Source of the DNA: Pelomyxa schiedti | Lineage: Eukaryota > Protista > Evosea | NCBI GenBank assembly: GCA_020536535.1 | Contig: JAHLWZ010000276.1 | Location: 19,524-83,523, forward strand | Direction: 5' to 3' | Length of the DNA stretch: 64,000 nt | Part shown: piece by piece, positions 61,202-64,000 of the stretch | Layout of the letters: every line of letters starts with the position of its first letter | How positions within the stretch are numbered: position 1 is the first letter of the stretch | Made by a program: the position numbers and the translations under genes | The notes under the pieces: generated by a model | Seen by the model: only the letters and a program-made list of their open reading frames with translations | Told to the model about the DNA's origin: nothing | The model's database searches: none

Positions 61202-61610
61202 ATGGGGACAAGGAGCCACAGCGAAAAGGAGCGGCTTGTGTGGCTCTCACGTCTGATATGGGATCAAATCGTGTCGCCAGGGTGGCTCGACCACGACAAC
61301 AAACGCCACAAGCTGGGAAAGGCCAGAGACAAAACACGGGTTCTGAGTCACGTTGCGACACTGTTCAGCCTCGCGGAGGCCACGTCGCCACTCCTCGTTG
61401 GTCTCATCTGCAACAGGGTCCTTCGCTTCGGCGTTGGCGTTGGTGTTGTTGATGAGGATGTTGCCGAGTCACGTGCCTCATCCCATAACTGCAACTGCAG
61501 GTGGTTGTATGTTGGGACATACCGCGCGATCATGATCGCCGCGTCTGTTCCCAGTGCCTCGTGTGTGCAATGGATTCTGGATCACAGGCGGCAGATAAGG
61601 CCGAAAGATC
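61202..61610 (+). pseudogene. 5' fragment of the ankyrin-like family (near-identical to the start of B1), truncated
   Basis: About 100 bp identical to B1 (about 61331-61434 vs 54907-55009); similarity stops near 61610 and does not resume in the window. Confidence 0.75.
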
Positions 61611-61750
61611 CACGTGTGAACTGGCTTGGGAATCTGCAGTTGGGCGCTAATCTGGGCCACCAGGAAGAAGAAGCAGGAACAGGAACAACAACAATAGCAA
61701 CGACGGCAACAATCAGCAGGGGAATACAAAGGGGTGGTGATGACATAACT

Positions 61751-61991
61751 GGCGCACGGTGGCGCACTTTGAACCACAGGAAAATTGCTCTGTAAAACAC
61801 AAAGTGCGCCGACCATTTTTTGGGTCGGCGCAGTTTCGAACTGCGCCGGGCGCACTTTGTGTTTTTTTTTTCCGAGAAATCGAAACCCAAAGTGCGCCGA
61901 TTTTCGCACATCTGCGCCAGTGTACCACTGGCGCACTTCGGGCCACGTGAAAAGTCCTCTTCCAAAACACAAAGTGCGCCGCGGCGCACTT
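61751..61991. repeat. Cluster of AAAGTGCGCC/GGCGCACTTT motifs forming nested inverted repeats
   Basis: About 11 full or partial motif copies in both orientations; e.g. AAAACACAAAGTGCGCC (61794-61810) pairs with GGCGCACTTTGTGTTTT (61849-61865). Confidence 0.85.
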
Positions 61992-62042
61992 GTCGACAAG
62001 TAATTTGGTGATTCGTGCCGATGAAAAGGGTCTTGTTCTCGG

Positions 62043-62485
62043 TCTGGTGTTGGTTCCCACTGTTGGCAGTGGTGTCATTGTACGCCCCATAACAATGGGT
62101 ACATATTCCCGTTGTCGGTGCGTTGTTCGGTTGCTGTGGGAGGGAGAACCAGCCCTCTTCCCAAATTCGGAATTCCTCAGTTCACCTTCACAGAAAACAA
62201 ATCTACTCTTGATTGGCTTCGTTCTCCCTCTGGTGTTGGTTCCCATTGTTGCCAGTAGTACGGCTCTGTACCTCATGACAAGAGGTACATAGTTCCGGTG
62301 TTTTTGCGGTGTTTGGTTGATATTGTATGGAGAACCAGCCTTAGAAATGTTCCTGCAATTCACTGATCTGCCTGTTGATCTCTCCCTTCGTTCTCCTGGT
62401 TCCAACTGTTGCTTATTGTGCGGTTCTGTACCCATAACAAGGGGGACATAGCACCGTTGTTGTTGCGGTGTTTGGTTGCTGTAGG
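62043..62485. repeat. Three degenerate tandem repeats (about 165-190 bp period)
   Basis: Recurring TGGTTCC..TGTTG..TGTAC..CAT.ACAA..GG.ACATA...CG.TGT..TGCG.TGTT.GGTTG blocks starting near 62043, 62230 and 62394. Confidence 0.7.
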
Positions 62486-63378
62486 ATCGAGATTTTCAGA
62501 CAGATTCAGGGAATCTCGGCTTGATGACTGAGTGCCAAGTTGGACAACTATTTATGGCCATTCAGGAACCAGCGAGTTCATTCTAACAGACTCCAGTGAA
62601 TTGACCCTTTGTGTACTCCACAAAGTACACGAACTTGGATTGGAGACTTCGGACTGTGTGGAATCTTATATTGACCAAATACAAACAAGGATGTTGTCTT
62701 TGTGTGTGTTCGTTATCTCAGGCAGTCCTAAGTTTGGGGTAGATTCTGTGGTAATAATCTAAGGTCAAGATCAGTGCCCTGCACAGCTGGATGCACGAAT
62801 ACAGCAATTAGGAAGGTGGCACACAGTTTAACATGTTTGATTACATCCGCACAGAGAATTGATTTGAAACATCACAGGCTTTTAACCAACTCTCTGTGTA
62901 TCCCTTAATAAACAACAGAAGAACAAGAGAATCTTTCTTCTCTCACTCCCATTCGTTTGGGTCTTACCCCTAAACTGCCTGAAATAACCAATCACACCCG
63001 AATCCTTGTTTAGTCTGTAGTCCACAACCCCTAAACCACACATTTGTGTTTCAACAGGTATTACACAACCTTGAGCTCAACCTTCAGGGACTCAGCAGTA
63101 CACACATACGGATCTGAGGTGGACTGGAGGGAATTTCTGGAATAGGAAGTGTCAACTCAGGACACTCTACAGGCAGTACTAATCAGGCTTGGAGGTTGTT
63201 TCCCTGCTTCTCAACGTGGCCTCAAAACTTGGCACCTTGACATTCATGATTTGCTCTCTGGGGGACTTCCTTTCTGTTCCTTAGAACGAAAAACTTGTTA
63301 CAGAGCCCAACTCCAATTGTGGGAAGTGTCGGTTCCCCCTGGGTAGTTAGAATCCACCAAACACACCCTGGTTAACTT

Positions 63379-63570
63379 GTGGCGCACCTTGAACCACAGG
63401 GTTTTGACTGGAACACAAAGTGCGCCACTTGGGTTCCTAGTGGCGCACTTCCGGACACTGTATCTACAGCAGGATTTTCCATTCCTCGGCGCACTTTGTG
63501 TTGGAGTGGAAAAAAATTCACTCAAACTGTGTGTCTATTGCAGGGAACTGAAGGTTCTCTTGTGCGCCAC
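63379..63570. repeat. Second cluster of AAAGTGCGCC/GGCGCACTTT motifs
   Basis: About 5 copies; 63379-63426 repeats 61759-61810 in direct orientation (GTGGCGCAC.TTGAACCACAGG...ACACAAAGTGCGCC); hairpin 63418-63450. Confidence 0.8.
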
Positions 63571-64000
63571 CTCACAGGAACCCAAGCTTACACTGTCCAC
63601 ACTGTGCTCAGTGAAATCAGAAATCAAGAGTATTGACAACACCCTATTTCCTCCAGAAACACCCCAACAGCAGGAAACCAGTGGGACAGGTTACCCCCTT
63701 GTACCTTACAAGGCATGACGCACACATCATTGCCAACAGTTGAGAAAGACACACAATTGAGGGTGATGGGTGGTCTGTGTTGTGTCATGCCTGCAATTTC
63801 GGCTCCCTGCTGGGAGACCTCCATGGCATAGATAGGGATGGATGGGATCTGGAATCAGTGGCATCACCCTCACCCACCCCCCCCAACCAATTGTCTCCTG
63901 CCCTGCTCCCCCTCAACACAGAACCAAAATTGACACAGAGAGTGCGCGACAATCAGCAGAACACTCACAAGTTCACGTTTCCCGGCATCGGCAGCCACTC

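Overview
Gene-dense eukaryotic genomic DNA with many short (~40-100 nt) GT-AG introns, so the supplied ORF track only shows exon fragments; the gene models below were spliced by hand and their boundaries are approximate. The overall style suggests an amoebozoan, possibly an Archamoeba such as Pelomyxa (inference only). Recognisable housekeeping genes are Sec61 gamma, a BAP31-like protein, eIF3i, TRAPPC2L, MLH1, a STE-type kinase, a RhoGEF-RhoGAP, an RRM protein and a Pho80-type cyclin. The more unusual content is: (1) a CS-SH3-SH3-proline-rich adaptor fused to a glutaminase domain whose catalytic SxxK motif reads QCASY; (2) an intron-containing bacterial-type homospermidine synthase directly upstream of a NifS-like PLP enzyme that has lost its catalytic cysteine loop and of a degenerate GPI-ethanolamine-phosphate-transferase-like gene; (3) six copies of a lineage-specific, intron-poor, degenerate ankyrin-like family, several packed with only 37-47 bp spacers; (4) two repeat elements built from clustered 10-bp motifs and palindromes; in the first of these the interior is almost free of CpG, pointing to targeted cytosine methylation.
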